DNA of 64,000 bases from Mobula hypostoma (GCF_963921235.1 NC_086097.1:29204001-29268000); one strand, 5' to 3'. Counted from the stretch's first letter, positions 37,214-50,292 are shown. The notes: a model not told the origin generated them from the letters alone. Translations and numbers: made by a program.

Positions 37214-40030
37214 TTAGTCCCACTCCCCCACCTTCTCACCATAACCTTTGATGCCCTGGCTTCTCAGATACCTATCAATCTCTGCCTTAAATACACCCAA
37301 TGACTTGGCCTCCACTGCTGCCCGTGGCAACAAATTCCATAGATTCACCACCCTCTGACTAAAAAAATTTCTTCGCATTTCTGTTCTGAATGGGCGCCCT
37401 TCAATCCTTAAGTCCTGCCCTCTCGTACTAGACTCCCCCATCATGGGAAACAACTTTGCCACATCCACTCTGTCCATGCCTTTCAACATTTGAAATGTTT
37501 CTATAAGGTCTCCCCTCGTTCTTCTAAACTCCCAGGAATACAGACCAAGAGTGGACAAACGTTCCTCATATGTTAACCCTCTCATTCCCAGAATCATTCT
37601 AGTGAATCTTCTCTGTACCCTCTCCAACGTCAGCACATCCTTTCTTAAATAAGGAGACCAAAACTGCCCACAGTACTCCAAGTGAGGTCTCACCAGCGCC
37701 TTATAGAGCCTCAACATCACATCCCTGCTCCTATACTCTACTCCTCTAGAAATGAATGCCAGCATTGCATTCGCCTTCTTCACTACTGACTCAACCTGGA
37801 GGTTAACCTTAAGGGTATCCTGTACGAGGACTCCCAAGTCCCATTGCATCTCAGAAGTTTGAATTCTTTCTCCATTTTAATAATAGTCTGTCCGTTTATT
37901 ACTTCTGCCAAAGCGCATAACCATACACTTTCCAACATTGTATTTCATTTGCCACTTCTTTGCCCATTCTTCCAATCTATCCAAGTCTCTCTGCAGACTC
38001 TCCATTTCCTCAGCACTACCGGCCCCTCCATCTATCTTTGTATCGTCAGCAAACTTAGCCACAAAGCCATCTATTCCATAATCCAAATCGTTGATGTACA
38101 ATGTAAAAAGAAGCGGCCCCAACACTGATCCCTGTGGAACACCACTGGTAACCAGCAGCCAACCAGAATAGGATCCCTTTATTCCCACTCTCTGTTTCCT
38201 GCCAATCAGCCAACGCTCTATACACGTATGTAACTTTCCCGTAATTCCATGGGCTCTTATCTTGTTAAGTAGTCTCATGTGTGGCACCTTGTCAAAGGCC
38301 TTCTGAAAATCCAAATATACAACATCCACTGCATCTCCCTTGTCTAGCCTACTGGTAATTTCCTCAAAAAATTGTAATAGGTTTGTCAGGCAGGATTTTC
38401 CTTTAAGGAATCCATGCTGAGTTCTGCCTATCTTGTCATATGCCTCCAGGTACTCTGTAACCTCATCCTTGACCATCGACTCCAACAACTTCCCAACCAC
38501 CAACGTCAAGCTAACAGGTCTATAATTTCCATTTTGCTTCCTTGCTCCCTTCTTAAATAGCAGAGTGACATTTGCAATCTTCCAGTCCTCCGGAACCATA
38601 CCAGAATCTATCGACTTCTGAAAGATCATCGCTAATGCCTCCGCAATCTCCACAGCTACTTCCTTCAGAAAACGTGGGTGCATTCCATCTGGTCCGGGAG
38701 ATTTATCTACCTTTGGACTATTCAGCTTCCTGAGTACTTTCTCTGTCGTAATTGTGACTGCGCACACTTCTCTTCCCTGCCACCCTTGAGTGTCCGGTAT
38801 ACTGCTGATGTCTTCCTCAGTGAAGACTGATGCAAAATACTCATTCAGTTCCTCTGCCATCTCCTTATCTCCCATTACAATTTCTCCAGCATCATTTTCT
38901 ATCGGTCCCATATCTACTGTCATCTGTCTTTTACTCTTTATATACTTGAAAAAGCTTTTAGTATCCTCTTTGATATTATTTGCTAGCTTCCTTTCATAGT
39001 TAATCTTTTCCCTCTTAATGACCTTCTTAGTTTCCTTTTGTAAGGTTTTGAAAACTTCCTAATCCTCTGTCTTCCCACTAATTTTTGCTTCCTCGTATGC
39101 CCTCTCCTTTGCTTTAACTTTGGCTTTGACTTCTCTTGTCAAATACGGTTGCATCCTTTTCCCATTCGAAAATTTCTTCTTTTTTGGAATATACCTGTCT
39201 TGCACCTTCCTCACTTCTCGCATAAACTCCAGCCACTGCTGCTCTGCCATCTTTCCCGCCAATGTCCCTTTCCAGTCAACTTTAGCCAGTTCCTCTCTCA
39301 TGGCACTGTAATTTCCTTTACTCCACTGAAATACCGACACATCAGATTTCAGCTTCTCTTTTTCAAATTTCACAGTGAACTCAATCATGTTATGATCACT
39401 GCCTCCTAAGGGTTCCTTCACCTCAATCTCTCTAATCACCCACGGTTCATTACACAATACCCAATCCAGTACAGCCGATCCCCTAGTGGGCTCAACAACA
39501 AGCTGTTCTAAAAAGCCATCTCACAGACATTCTACAAATTCTCTCTCTTGAGATCCAGTGCCAATTTGATTTTCCCAATCCACTCGCATGTTAAAATCCC
39601 CCACAATTATCATAACACTGCCCTTCTGACAAGCCTTTTCTATTTCCTGTTGTAATTTGTAGTCCACATCACTGCAGCTGTTTGGAGGCCTATAAATAAC
39701 TGCCATCAGGGTCCTTTTACCCCTGCTATTTCTTAGCTCAACCCATAAAGATTCTGCACCTTCCGATCCTATATCACCTCTTTCTAATGATTTAATATCA
39801 TTTCTTACCAATAAAGCCACGCCTCCCCCTCTGCCTACCTTCCTATCCTTCCAATACACCGTGTATCCTTGGATGTTCAGCTACCAGAGACATGCATCCT
39901 TTAGCCATGTCTCGGTGATGGCCACAATATCATACCTGCCAATCTGTAGCTGTACGACAAGATCATCCACTTTATTCCTTATGCTGCATGCATTTAAGTA
40001 TAACACCTTAAGACCAGTATTTGGTACTTT
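37214..40030 (-). pseudogene. CR1 ORF2 (APE endonuclease + reverse transcriptase) with four in-frame stops
   Basis: LYLNA.SI, ITETWL, GDFN, SDH, YLDFQKAFD, GVPQGSVLGP and FADD all lie in one frame; stops at 39881, 39521, 39059 and 37877. Confidence 0.93.
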
Positions 40031-40200
40031 TCACTTTGATTTCGCTGCAACTTTATTGCACTGCAACTCATCCCAGTGGCTACAAATTTGCCCCATCACC
40101 TGCCTGTCTTTCCTGACATCTTTACTGCTCACTATCTTAGATTTGTTTCTAATTTCCTCTTCCTCCGCTCTATCATTCCAGTTCCCATCCCCCTGCCAAA

Positions 40201-41136
40201 TTAGTTTAAACCCTCCCTAACAGCTCTATTAAACTTTTCTGCCAGGATATTGGTCCCCTTCGAGTTCAGGTGTAACCTGTCCTTTTCAAACAGGTCATAC
40301 TTCTCCCAGAAGAGATCCCAATTATCCAAGAATCTGAAGCCCTGCCCCCTACACCAGTCTCTCAGGCACACATTCATCTGCCTGATCCTATTATTCTTGC
40401 CCTCGCTAGCACGTGGCACAGGTAGCAATCCTGAGATTACTACCCTGGAGGTCCTGCTTCTCAGCTTCCTTCCTAACTCCCAGTAATCTTTCTTCAGGAC
40501 CTCCTCCTTTGTCCTATCTATGTCATTGGTACCAACATGTACCAAGACAACTGGCTGATCATCCTCCCCCTTCAGAATATTCTGGACCCGATCCGAGACA
40601 TCCCGTAACCTGGCACCTGGGAGGCAACACACCATGCAGGTATCTCTATCAGGCTCACAGAATCTCCTGTCCGTTCCCCTGACTATGGAATCCCCTACGA
40701 CTACCGCATTTCTCTTCTCCCTTCTTCCCTCCTGCACAACAGCACCAGGCTCAGTGCCAGAGACCCGGTCACCGTGGGCGTCCCCAGTCAGGTCATCCCC
40801 CTCAACAGCATCCAGAACAAGATATTTGTTGCTGAGGGGGACAGCCACAGGGGTGCTCTCCACTATCCGGGCATTTCCCTTCCCTCTCTTGACAGTGACC
40901 CAGTTTTCTGACCCCTGTAGCCTAGGGATGACTACCTCCATGTAGCTCCCGTCTATCACCTCTTCACTTTCCCTGATAAGCAGTAGGTCATCGAGCTGCA
41001 GCTCCAGATCCCTAACACGGTCTCTGAGGAACTGTATCTCGGTGCACCTGGCGCAGATGTGGCCATCAGGGAGGCTGGAGGTCTCCCAAGATTTCCACAT
41101 CTGACACCCTGAACAAAGCACTAACCCTGCAGGCAT
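40201..41136 (-). CDS. CR1 ORF1p, 311 aa: Cys/His zinc finger, coiled coil, SGNH/GDSL esterase-like domain
   Basis: Uninterrupted ATG-to-TAA ORF with CSGC..HICARC, VVGDS, PGA, HVGTND and DRLHLN blocks. Confidence 0.93.
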   Translation of the reverse strand: MPAGLVLCSGCQMWKSWETSSLPDGHICARCTEIQFLRDRVRDLELQLDDLLLIRESEEVIDGSYMEVVIPRLQGSENWVTVKRGKGNARIVESTPVAVPLSNKYLVLDAVEGDDLTGDAHGDRVSGTEPGAVVQEGRREKRNAVVVGDSIVRGTDRRFCEPDRDTCMVCCLPGARLRDVSDRVQNILKGEDDQPVVLVHVGTNDIDRTKEEVLKKDYWELGRKLRSRTSRVVISGLLPVPRASEGKNNRIRQMNVCLRDWCRGQGFRFLDNWDLFWEKYDLFEKDRLHLNSKGTNILAEKFNRAVREGLN

Positions 41137-42324
41137 GCTATCTAATTCTACAGGAATGAAACAGGAAAAATAAGTCTACTCACCCACTTACCTCACCAAA
41201 CAGACAAACTTTAAACCGTTAGCTCGTACCGTTAGCTGTGAGAGCCCTGCTGTTCCTGTCTGTCCGGGCCGATTCGTGAAAGTGGGGGGGGAGAAAAAAA
41301 GAGTTGGCGCTTCGCTCTTGCCTCTTCTCGTTTACCGCTGAAGCCCGTTGAAGCCAAAGCCCTACACTCTGCTACCACTCACACCGCTGCCCGCTCCAAC
41401 CGCTGCCCGCTGTATAGGGTGGTCTCCTTTTTAAACTCTCCGCGCTGTCCTGTTACGTCATGTGCCTGTGCAGTCTCATCCTTCTTGCACTTGAAGAAGT
41501 TTTTAAAAAACTGCCTTCCTTCAGAATTCAGCTCCCATGACGCTCTGTAGTCCCCATCCAAAAGACAGCCATTGGTAGCAACCTGCCTTTTCAAACTCTC
41601 CGCGCTGTCCTGTTACGTCACGCGCCTGCGCAGTCTTGTCCTTCTTGCACTCGAAGAAGTTTTTTAAAAAGCTGCCTTCCTTGAGAAGCAAGGAGAGAGC
41701 ATGGTGTCCTTGATGATGGATGTTGGTTTCTTGGGGCAGCACTCCATGTAAATGTGCCCAGTGATGGGGAGGGCTTTGCCTGTGATGGACTGGGCTGTAT
41801 CAACCACTTTCTGTCACCTTTTCCATTCCTGGCCGTTGGTGTTTCCATACCAATCTGTGATGCAACCAGTCAGGATACTCTCCACTGTGCACCTATAGAA
41901 GTTTGTCAAAGTTTCTGTTGACATGCTGATTCTATGCAAACCTCTGAGAGAGTAGAGGCTCCATTTGGCATTGGGGGATGGAAAAACTTACTCAATTCCA
42001 GAAGATTGGGCCTGATGAAGATTAAATAATGGAGTTTTGATTTAATTGAAGAATATAAATATCTCAAACCACAAGTTCTTGAGTTCAATGGCTTAATGGC
42101 TGTCATCTACATGCACAGATTATATTTCCACTCTGTTGCTTGCTCATAATCATCTATAATTTTTTTTGTATTACATATTATGGTTTCAATAAAAAAAGAA
42201 AATGAAGTTAATGACAAATGAAAGCTAAGTCCAACTTCGCCCCAACTGTATTCCAAGAGGTTATCTGAATGTCAGAATGGAATTGATTTATTAAAGGGTT
42301 ACAGCATCTCTTTGTGATTCCGTC

Positions 42325-43991
42325 CATCTACTGAAATGACCAGGTACTGTGTCTTACCATGGCCGATGTGAGGAGAACCCTATGCAGGGTCAACCCATGG
42401 AAGGCTGCTGGACCAGACAGTATTCCTGGCAGAGTGCTTAGAGGATGTGCAGACCAGCTAACAGAGATTCTCACTGACATCTTCAACATCTCCCTGAGCA
42501 GTGCCGTCATTCCTACGTGCTTCAAGACCGCCACCATTGTCCCCATGCCGAAGAAGTCTTCAGTCTCCTGCCTCAACGACTACTGTCCCATTGCACTCAC
42601 ATCCATCATCATGAAGTGTTTCTGGAGGCTCGTCATGAGGCACATCAAGACCCTGCTGCCCCCCTCACTGGAACCTCAACCATCCCAACCGTTCAACAGA
42701 CGACGCCATTGCCATCACCCTCCACCTGGCCCTAACCCACCTGGACAAAAAAGACACTTGTGTTCGAATGCAGTTCATAGACTTCAGTTCAGCATTCAAC
42801 ACAATCATTCCTCAGAAACTGATTGGAAAGCTGAGCCTACTGGGCCTGAACACCTCCCTCTGCAACTGGATCCTAGACTTCCTGACTGGGAGACCTCAGT
42901 CAGTCTGGATTGGAAGCAGCATCTCCAACACCATCACACTGAGCACGGGGCCCCCCAGGGCTGTGTGCTCAGTCCACTGCTGTTCATCTGCTGACCTGAC
43001 CCACGACTGTGCTGCAACACACAGCTCGAACCACATCATCAAATTCGCCGATGACACGACCGTGGTGGGTCTCATCAGCAAGAACGATGAGTCAGCATAC
43101 AGAGAGGAAGTGCAGCAGCTAACAGACTGGTGCAGAGCCAACAATCTGTCTCTGAATGTGAACAAAACAAAAGAGATGGTTGTTGACTTCAGGAGGACAC
43201 AGAGCGACCACTCTCCGCTGAACATCAACGACTCCTCCGTAGAGATCGTTAAAAGCACCAAATTTCTTGGTGTTCACCTGGCAGAGAATCTCACCCGGTC
43301 CCTCAACACCAGCTCCATAGCAAAGAAAGCCCAGCAGCGTCTCTACTTTCTGTGAAGGCTGAGCAAAGTCCATCTCCCACCCCCCATCCTCACCACATTC
43401 TACAGAGGTTGTATTGAGAGCATCCTGAGCAGCTGCATCACTGCCTGGTTTGGAAATTGCACCATCTCAGATCTCAAGACCCTGCAGCGAATAGTGAGGT
43501 CAGCTGAGAAGATCATCGGGGTCTCTCCTCCTGCCATTACAGACATTTACACCACATGCTGCATCTGCAAAGCAAACAGCATTATGAAGAACCACACTCA
43601 CCCCTCATACAAACTCTTCTCCCTTCTGCCATCTGGCAAAAGGCACCGTAGTATTCGGGCTGTCACGACCAGACTATGTAACAGTTTCTTCCCCCAAGCC
43701 ATCAGACTCCTCAATACCCAGAGCCTGGACTGATGCCAACCTACTGCCCTCTACTGCCTATTGTCTTGTTTATTATTTATTGTAATGCCTGCACTGTTTT
43801 GTGCACTTTATGCAGTCCTGGGTAGGTCTGTAGTCTAGTGTAGTTTTTGTGTTGTTTTACGTAGTTCAGTGTAGTTTTTGTATTGTTTCATGTAGCTCCA
43901 TGGTCCTGGGAAATGTTGTCTCGTTTTTACTGTGTACTGTACCAGCAGTTACGGTCGAAATGACAATAAAAAGTGACTTGACTTGACTTGA
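42325..43991 (+). mobile_element. Rex1/Babar-type LINE, 5'-truncated, (GACTT)n tail
   Basis: [27 protein letters not shown] and KFADDTT with frameshifts; aataaa followed by gacttgacttgacttg. Confidence 0.92.
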
Positions 43992-45828
43992 AATGGGGGT
44001 CAAACATCCCAGCAGGGCCAAAGGATTCCTACCCTGGCCATTGTGACTTGTGCCTGGCTAAATTCAGATGTACTTTCTCTGGAGTGTCAGAGGCTGAGGA
44101 GAGACCTGACAGAGGTTTATGTAATTATGTTGGCTGGGTAGACAAACTCTTTTCCCCCCGGGTAGACATTCAAATGCTAGAGAGCATAGCTTGAAGGTAA
44201 GAGGAGGACATTTCAAGGAGGTGTGCAGGGCAAGTTTTTTTGAACACAGAGAGTGGAGGGTGCCTGGACCAGGCTGCTGGTGGTGGTGGTGGAAGCAGAT
44301 ATGATAGTGGTGCTCACGGGACTCTGGGGTAGACACATAGAAACAATCGCAGAAAGTGGGTGATGCTTGAAAGTAGTTACCAGGGAGGTAGTGGAATTGG
44401 GCAGTTTGGTGGAGTTATACCGCATGGAAAGGGGCCCTCCATTCCAACTTGTCCATACAGGTCAAATGCTCATCCAAGCCATTCTCTTTTGCCTATGTCT
44501 GACCTACCCTTTCATTCCCTGTTCCTGTCCAAGTGCCTCTTCAATGCTGCTGGAAGTCTGGCCTTGACTTCAGTGCACATCACCGCTTAATGACATTGTC
44601 ACCGAGCCTCAGGATTAGGGCAGCTTGTTATCAAACACTGGAGGAATCTGGTACTGCCGTGTTAAGCAGATATTCTTCAGCGGAACTTGAAGAAAGCCTG
44701 ATGAATCTTTTTTCCCATTTCACTCCTTCCCATCACCAAAGATTGAAGATTAAACAGCAAACAGTGAAGGGTGAGTGATGGTGAGGCGAGCCTGGGGGAT
44801 GACGATGCAGGTGGAGTTCTGATGCCTGTACATCTGGCCCAAGAGTGAGATTGGGTTGCTCTAGGCGCCAAGGTGATTTGAAGGGCTTGAGAGTGGCTTC
44901 GGGCTGGGTGACAAAATCTGGGCCCAAAGCGAGTCGTTGGGCAGCATGGTCTAGGCCTGGAGCCTTTTTGCAGCAGCGGTGCCTGGGTCCAAGTGCGAGG
45001 TACCATGTGCTTTTTGACAATTTAGACGCTGGCGCAGATCGGAGGCGAGAGCTGATTTTGCTCGCTCTTCGCAATCTTCACCCCTCTCTCCAGGGCGTGG
45101 AGCCTTTCGCTGCTCTTTTGTAGGGTCAGTCTAAAGGCTGGCTCAGAAAGACTGAAAAGAGAGTGTTGGTCAGGACGAGAGTGAATTTCGCTTGTTCTCC
45201 ATGATGGTCTTCTTCACGGTGCTGAGGCTGTGAAGACTACCCTGGCTGCTGTGCTCCATGCCCGCTAATATGATGAACTGATAAGTGAGGCTTTGGGCCT
45301 ACTCTGGGCTGCTCCAGGGTTCGGATCTGAGGACTCAGTTTTGGTTCAGAATGTTGTTTGCTTCAATTGTCTGCATGATATTTTTTTTCTTTGTTGGTCT
45401 TTCATCTTTATTTTTATTCTTTTATTTCTTTAATTTGGATTATTTTGGGTTTCCTGCTTTGAGCCTACCTGTGAGCAAGCAAATCTCAAGGCTGTATAAT
45501 TTATACATTCTTTGATAATAAATGTACTTGAATTGAATTGAATTAAACATTAGCTTTATTTGTCACATGTACGTTGAAACATTAATACATACAGTGAAAT
45601 GCATCGTTTTCATCAATGATCAAGGATGTGTTGGGGGCAGCCAGCAAGTGTCACAATACTTGCAACATAGCATGCCCACAACTCACGAACCCTATCCCAT
45701 ACATCGTTGAAGTATGCGAGGCCAGTGGAGCACCCAGAGGAAATCCACGCAGTCACTGGGAAACTGTACAAACTCCTTATAGACAGCAGCTGGAATTGAA
45801 CCTCAATTTTACAACGGGCACGGTAAAC

Positions 45829-46258
45829 TTCCTCCCAGAGGACCAGAACATTGTTGTGGTTTGGAGGCTTGCGTGCCTCACTGGCCCAGAGAGTTATGCT
45901 GGCTGGAGTCAGGCCCTTCTGCTTTGGCTCTTGGTTGGGTCACCCATGCCAAACAGGTCAAAGGGCAGAGGCCAGACTTAGAGTGGTCCACCAGTCCTCC
46001 AGGTTCAGGGGTTCAGCTTGGGGCTAACAACCCTGACCGGTAAAACAAAATTGTTATGGAAACAACAAAATGAAGAATCCTTCTACATCTGTGTACAATG
46101 GTATTCCTGAGTCTCCACCCGGGACTTGCATGACTGACAGTAAACCAAGAGGAAGCTGTTGATACATTGAAGGAAGCTGTAAACACCACCTGAGTTGGAG
46201 GACCTCCATTGTTGCCCTAAGCCCCAGCGACCTGACGGGCAAAGGAAGAAGAAGAAGA
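45829..46258 (+). mobile_element. Non-autonomous RTE-clade derivative (5' UTR fused to 3' end), (GAA)n tail
   Basis: Head resembles the BovB/RTE 5' UTR as I recall it (gtggt..ggcttgcgtgcctca..gggtcaccca..ggtca..gtggtccac); gaagaagaagaaga tail; gtaaac at 45823-45828 and 46261-46266. Confidence 0.6.
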
Positions 46259-48723
46259 TTGTAAACATAGAACAGCGGAGCACATTACAGGCCCTTTGGC
46301 CCGTGACATTGTGTCAACCTTTTAACCAACTTTAATATCAATCTAACCCTTCCCTTCCACACCATCCTCCCTTTTCTCATCATCCATGAGCCTATCTAAG
46401 AGTTTCTTAAATGTCTCTAATGTAAGTGCCTCCACCACCACTGGCAGGGCGTTCCACTTATCTCAGTGTAAATAACGTTCATACCCCCACCCCATACTTT
46501 CCTCCAATCACATTAAAATTATGCCTCCTTACATTAGCCATTTCTCCCCAGGAAACTGCCTCTGGTTATCCACTCGATATATGCCGCTTGTCATATTGTG
46601 CACCTCTGTCAAGTTACCTCTCATCCTCCTTCACTCCAAAGAGAAAAGCCCTAGCTCACACAATCTATTCTCATAAGACATGCTCTCTAATTCCAGGTAA
46701 ATCTCCTCTGCACCCTCTCTAAAGCTCCCACATCCTTCCTATTCTGATGTGTGCTTTTAGGGACAATCCACCACTTGGTTGGTGTCAGGAATCACACAGT
46801 GCTGCTCTTTGCCCTACGCTGTGGCTAGCTGGGTCCCCCTTCGCATACTCCTGCCACTCTCCAGCTCATTCTCACCTACTTCACGTCAGCTGGTCTTACC
46901 TCTCCGCTCAGTTACAACCATTCTGGTCTTGCTTCCATGTGAAAGCCTTGTCAGTCCCCTGGACTGTCATTACCTGGGCGTTAGTTTTCAAGGCAATCTC
47001 CGCTCCTCCCACCTCTCGCCAAGCGGCCTTCTAGATAGACACGTGAATGTGAAGGGAAGTGAGGGCTATGGATGAAACACAGGAGGAGGACATTGACATC
47101 AAGATCAGTGTAGCATTGTGAGCTGAATAGTATGCCCAGTACTGTACTGTTCTATGTTCTGTGTTCTAATATGCAGCATATGGCAGGAGACGGATCATGT
47201 GCAGGCAGAAGGGATTGGTTTAATTTGGCATTATGGGCAGCACAGATATGATGGGCTGAAGGGCTTATTCCTGAGGTGTACCGTTCCATATTCAATGAAA
47301 AGTTTAACCTTCAGCTGAGGGCAATACCACTTCACTGTTTATGGGGCTTTGCTGCTTGTCAAATGCCCTGCATTAAAGCAAGATGAAAGATTAACTTTAT
47401 TTGTCTTATCAATAACAGGAGAAAATCTGCAGATGCTGGAAACCCAAAGCAACACACATAAAATGCTGGAGGAACTCAGCAGGCCAGGCAGTAAACAGTT
47501 GACGTTTTGGGCCGAGACACTTCTTACATACATTGAAACAGACATTGAAATTCGTCGTTTGCATTGAGCAACACAGTCTGAGAGTGAAGCTGGGGGGGCA
47601 AGTGTCATCACATATTCCAGTGTCATCATAACATGGCCATAACTCACTAACCCTAACCCATACAGAACGTCTCTGCAATCTCCACGCAGTCACGGGGAGA
47701 TTGTACAAGCTCCTTTCACACAGCAGCAGAAACTGAACGCCCGTCGGTGATTGCTGCCACTGTAACCACTACTTCACTCCACATGGGTTTCCTTCTTGTA
47801 GAGCACTTGCTAAACTTGTGAAGTGCAGTGATCAATATCCCCTTTTGTTTTCTTCCCACACATAACCAGGACACTGCGGGGATTTTACAACTGATGTTAT
47901 TTGTTGCTTTGGCAAGACCGTACTCTCTGATGTTCTCCAGGGGCCTTGAGAAGCTGGACTTGCTGCTCACATTCAAAGGCACAGAGAGCTAACTGTCTGT
48001 GGAGTCAGAGTCCTTGTGGGGAGGAGGGCCAGCGGGGGGTGTTGGCGGCCGTCTCCCACTTCATTTTCCACTTTGGTCACAGAGCCCTTAACGACTAAAG
48101 CAATTTTGGAAACCAACACTTTTATAACTCGAGTATTACCAGAGCCAATCTTTTCACAGCAGACCCCTGCAGAGAGAGTCATGGTCATGTCTGAGGAGTC
48201 AGTCTTGGATGAGCTTCCAAAAGTTTTCCTGCTTTTGTTAGCGTCACGGAGCTACACAGTAGGGGACTGAGGGCAGCGCAGTGACGTCGGGGTTAGTGTA
48301 ACGCTAATGCAGTGCCAGTGGCCTAGGTCCAATTCCTCTGCACCGCCATGGATACCAGCCTCCCCAGAAAGCGATGTCTCAGAAAGGCAGCATCCATCAT
48401 TAAGGGCCCTCATTATCCAGTACTTGCCCTCCTCTTATTATTACCGTCAGAGGAGAGGTACAGGAGCCTGAAGGTGCACATTCACCATTTTAGCAACAGC
48501 TTCTTACCCTCTGTTTCTGGCTTTCAAAACAGACCATGAACCCATGAACACTACCTCGCTATTTCTGCTCTTCTTTTTGGACTAGTTATTCATTGTATTA
48601 CATATATTTCTTATAGTCATTTATAGTATATTTTATAGGTTGCCCTATACTGCTGCTGGAAAAAATACTAATTCTACAGCACAGTCTGAGTTTTACATTC
48701 TCCCCATGACTGTGTGGGTTTCT

Positions 48724-49685
48724 ATAAGACATAAGATATAGGAGCAGAATTAGGCCATTCAGCCCATCAAGTCTGCTCTGCCATTTCATCGTGACTGATC
48801 CATTCCCTTCACAACCCCATTCTCCTGCCTTCTCGCCGTAACCTTTCATGCTTTGACTAATCAAAACGTATCAACCTCCGCTTTCAGTACACCCAATGAT
48901 TTGGCCTTGACAGCCACCTGTGGTAACAAATTGCACAGATAGAAAGAAATTTCTCCTCATCGCGGTTCTAAAGTGATATCCTTCTTTTCAGAGGCTGTGC
49001 CTTCTGGTCCTAGACTACCCCACCATAGGAAACATGGTCTCTGCATCCACTTTATCTAGACCCTTCAACATTTGATAGGTTTTAATGAGAACCCCCTCTC
49101 ATTTTTTTCTAATTCCAGCGAGTAAAGGCCCAGAGCCAACAATTGTTCCTCATCCGACAAGCCTTTCATTCCTGAAATCATTCTCGTGAACCTCCTCTGA
49201 ACTCTCTCCAATATCAGTACATCCTTTCCTAAATAAGGGGCTCAAAGCTGCTTACAGTACTCCAAGTGAGGCCTCACTAGTGCCTTATAAAGCCCCAGCA
49301 TTACATCCTTGTTTTTATATTCTAGTCCTCTCAAAATGAATGATAACTTTGTATTTTCCTTCCTCACCACTGATTCAACCTACAAATTAACCTTTAGGGA
49401 ATTCTGCATGAGGACTCCCAAGTCCCTTTGCACCTTGGATTTTTGAATCTTCTCTCCATTTAGAAAATAGTCTATGCTTTTATTCCTTCTGCCAAAGTGC
49501 ACTTCCTGATTCTGTATTCCATCTGCCACTTCTTTTCCCATTCCCCCAATCTGTCCAGGTCCTTCTGCAGACTCCCTGCTTCCTCGACACCACCTGTCCC
49601 TCCACCTATCATCGCCTCATCTGCAAGCTTGGCCACAAAGCTTTCAATTCCGTCATCCAAATCATTAACACACAATGAAAAAAGA
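48724..49685 (-). mobile_element. CR1 LINE 3' fragment
   Basis: NDLDDGIESFVAKLAD and LQKDLDRLGEW; ataagacataagatat tail. Confidence 0.88.
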
Positions 49686-49734
49686 AGAACATAAGAAGAC
49701 ATATAATGTTTCCTCCAAGTGCTCCGGTTTAGGT

Positions 49735-50292
49735 TAGATTAAATTCATCTTTATTGTCATTGTGCCGAGTACAGATACAAAGCTAATGAAATGCAGTCAG
49801 CATCTGACCAGAAATGCAAAGAATAGTGTTATTTACAGAATAACTGTGAATAAAAAGTAAGTGCTACAGCACACAAATATAAAAGTACTGAGACAGTACA
49901 ATATGGATGCAATATTGCTTAGCGCTGTGATGTGAGGTTCAGCAGCGTCACAGCCTCAGGGAAGAAGCTCTTCCTGTGCCTGCTGGTGCGGGAGCGGAGG
50001 CTCCTGTAGCGTCTACCAGATGGGAGGAGAGTAAAAAGTCTATGGTTAGGGTGAGATGCATCCTTGATAAGGCTTTTCGCCCTGCCCAGGCAGCGTTTAT
50101 GGTAGATGTTCTCAATGGTGGGCAATTGGGTGGTGATAATCCGCTGGGCAGTTTTCACCACACACTGGAGTGCTTTGCAGTCTGACACGGGACAATTGCC
50201 ATACCACACTGAGATGCAGTTGGTGAGTATGCTCTCAATGGTACAGCGGTAAAAGTCTGTCAGTATCCTGGGACAGAGGTGAGCTTTCTTCC
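49735..50292 (-). mobile_element. Rex1/Babar-type LINE 3' end
   Basis: FYRCTIESILTNCISVWYGNC..LLPSGRRYRS..SFFPEAV. Confidence 0.88.

Larger units (their letters stand above)
37111..41687 (-). mobile_element. Full-length CR1/HER1-type LINE (5' UTR, ORF1, ORF2, (TATGGTCT)n tail)
   Basis: Tail agaccata x3 at 37111-37134; both ORFs in order; flanks rejoin into one Rex-type 3' fragment. Confidence 0.96.

Noticed and set aside
41906..42106. 66-aa minus-strand ORF with an internal GTAAGT donor
   Set aside because: Weak acceptor, AT-rich non-protein-like composition, and no linkable neighbouring exons.
48027..48044. CTCF site (ggccagcggggggtgttg)
   Set aside because: Several mismatches in the core; cannot be supported without PWM scoring or ChIP data.
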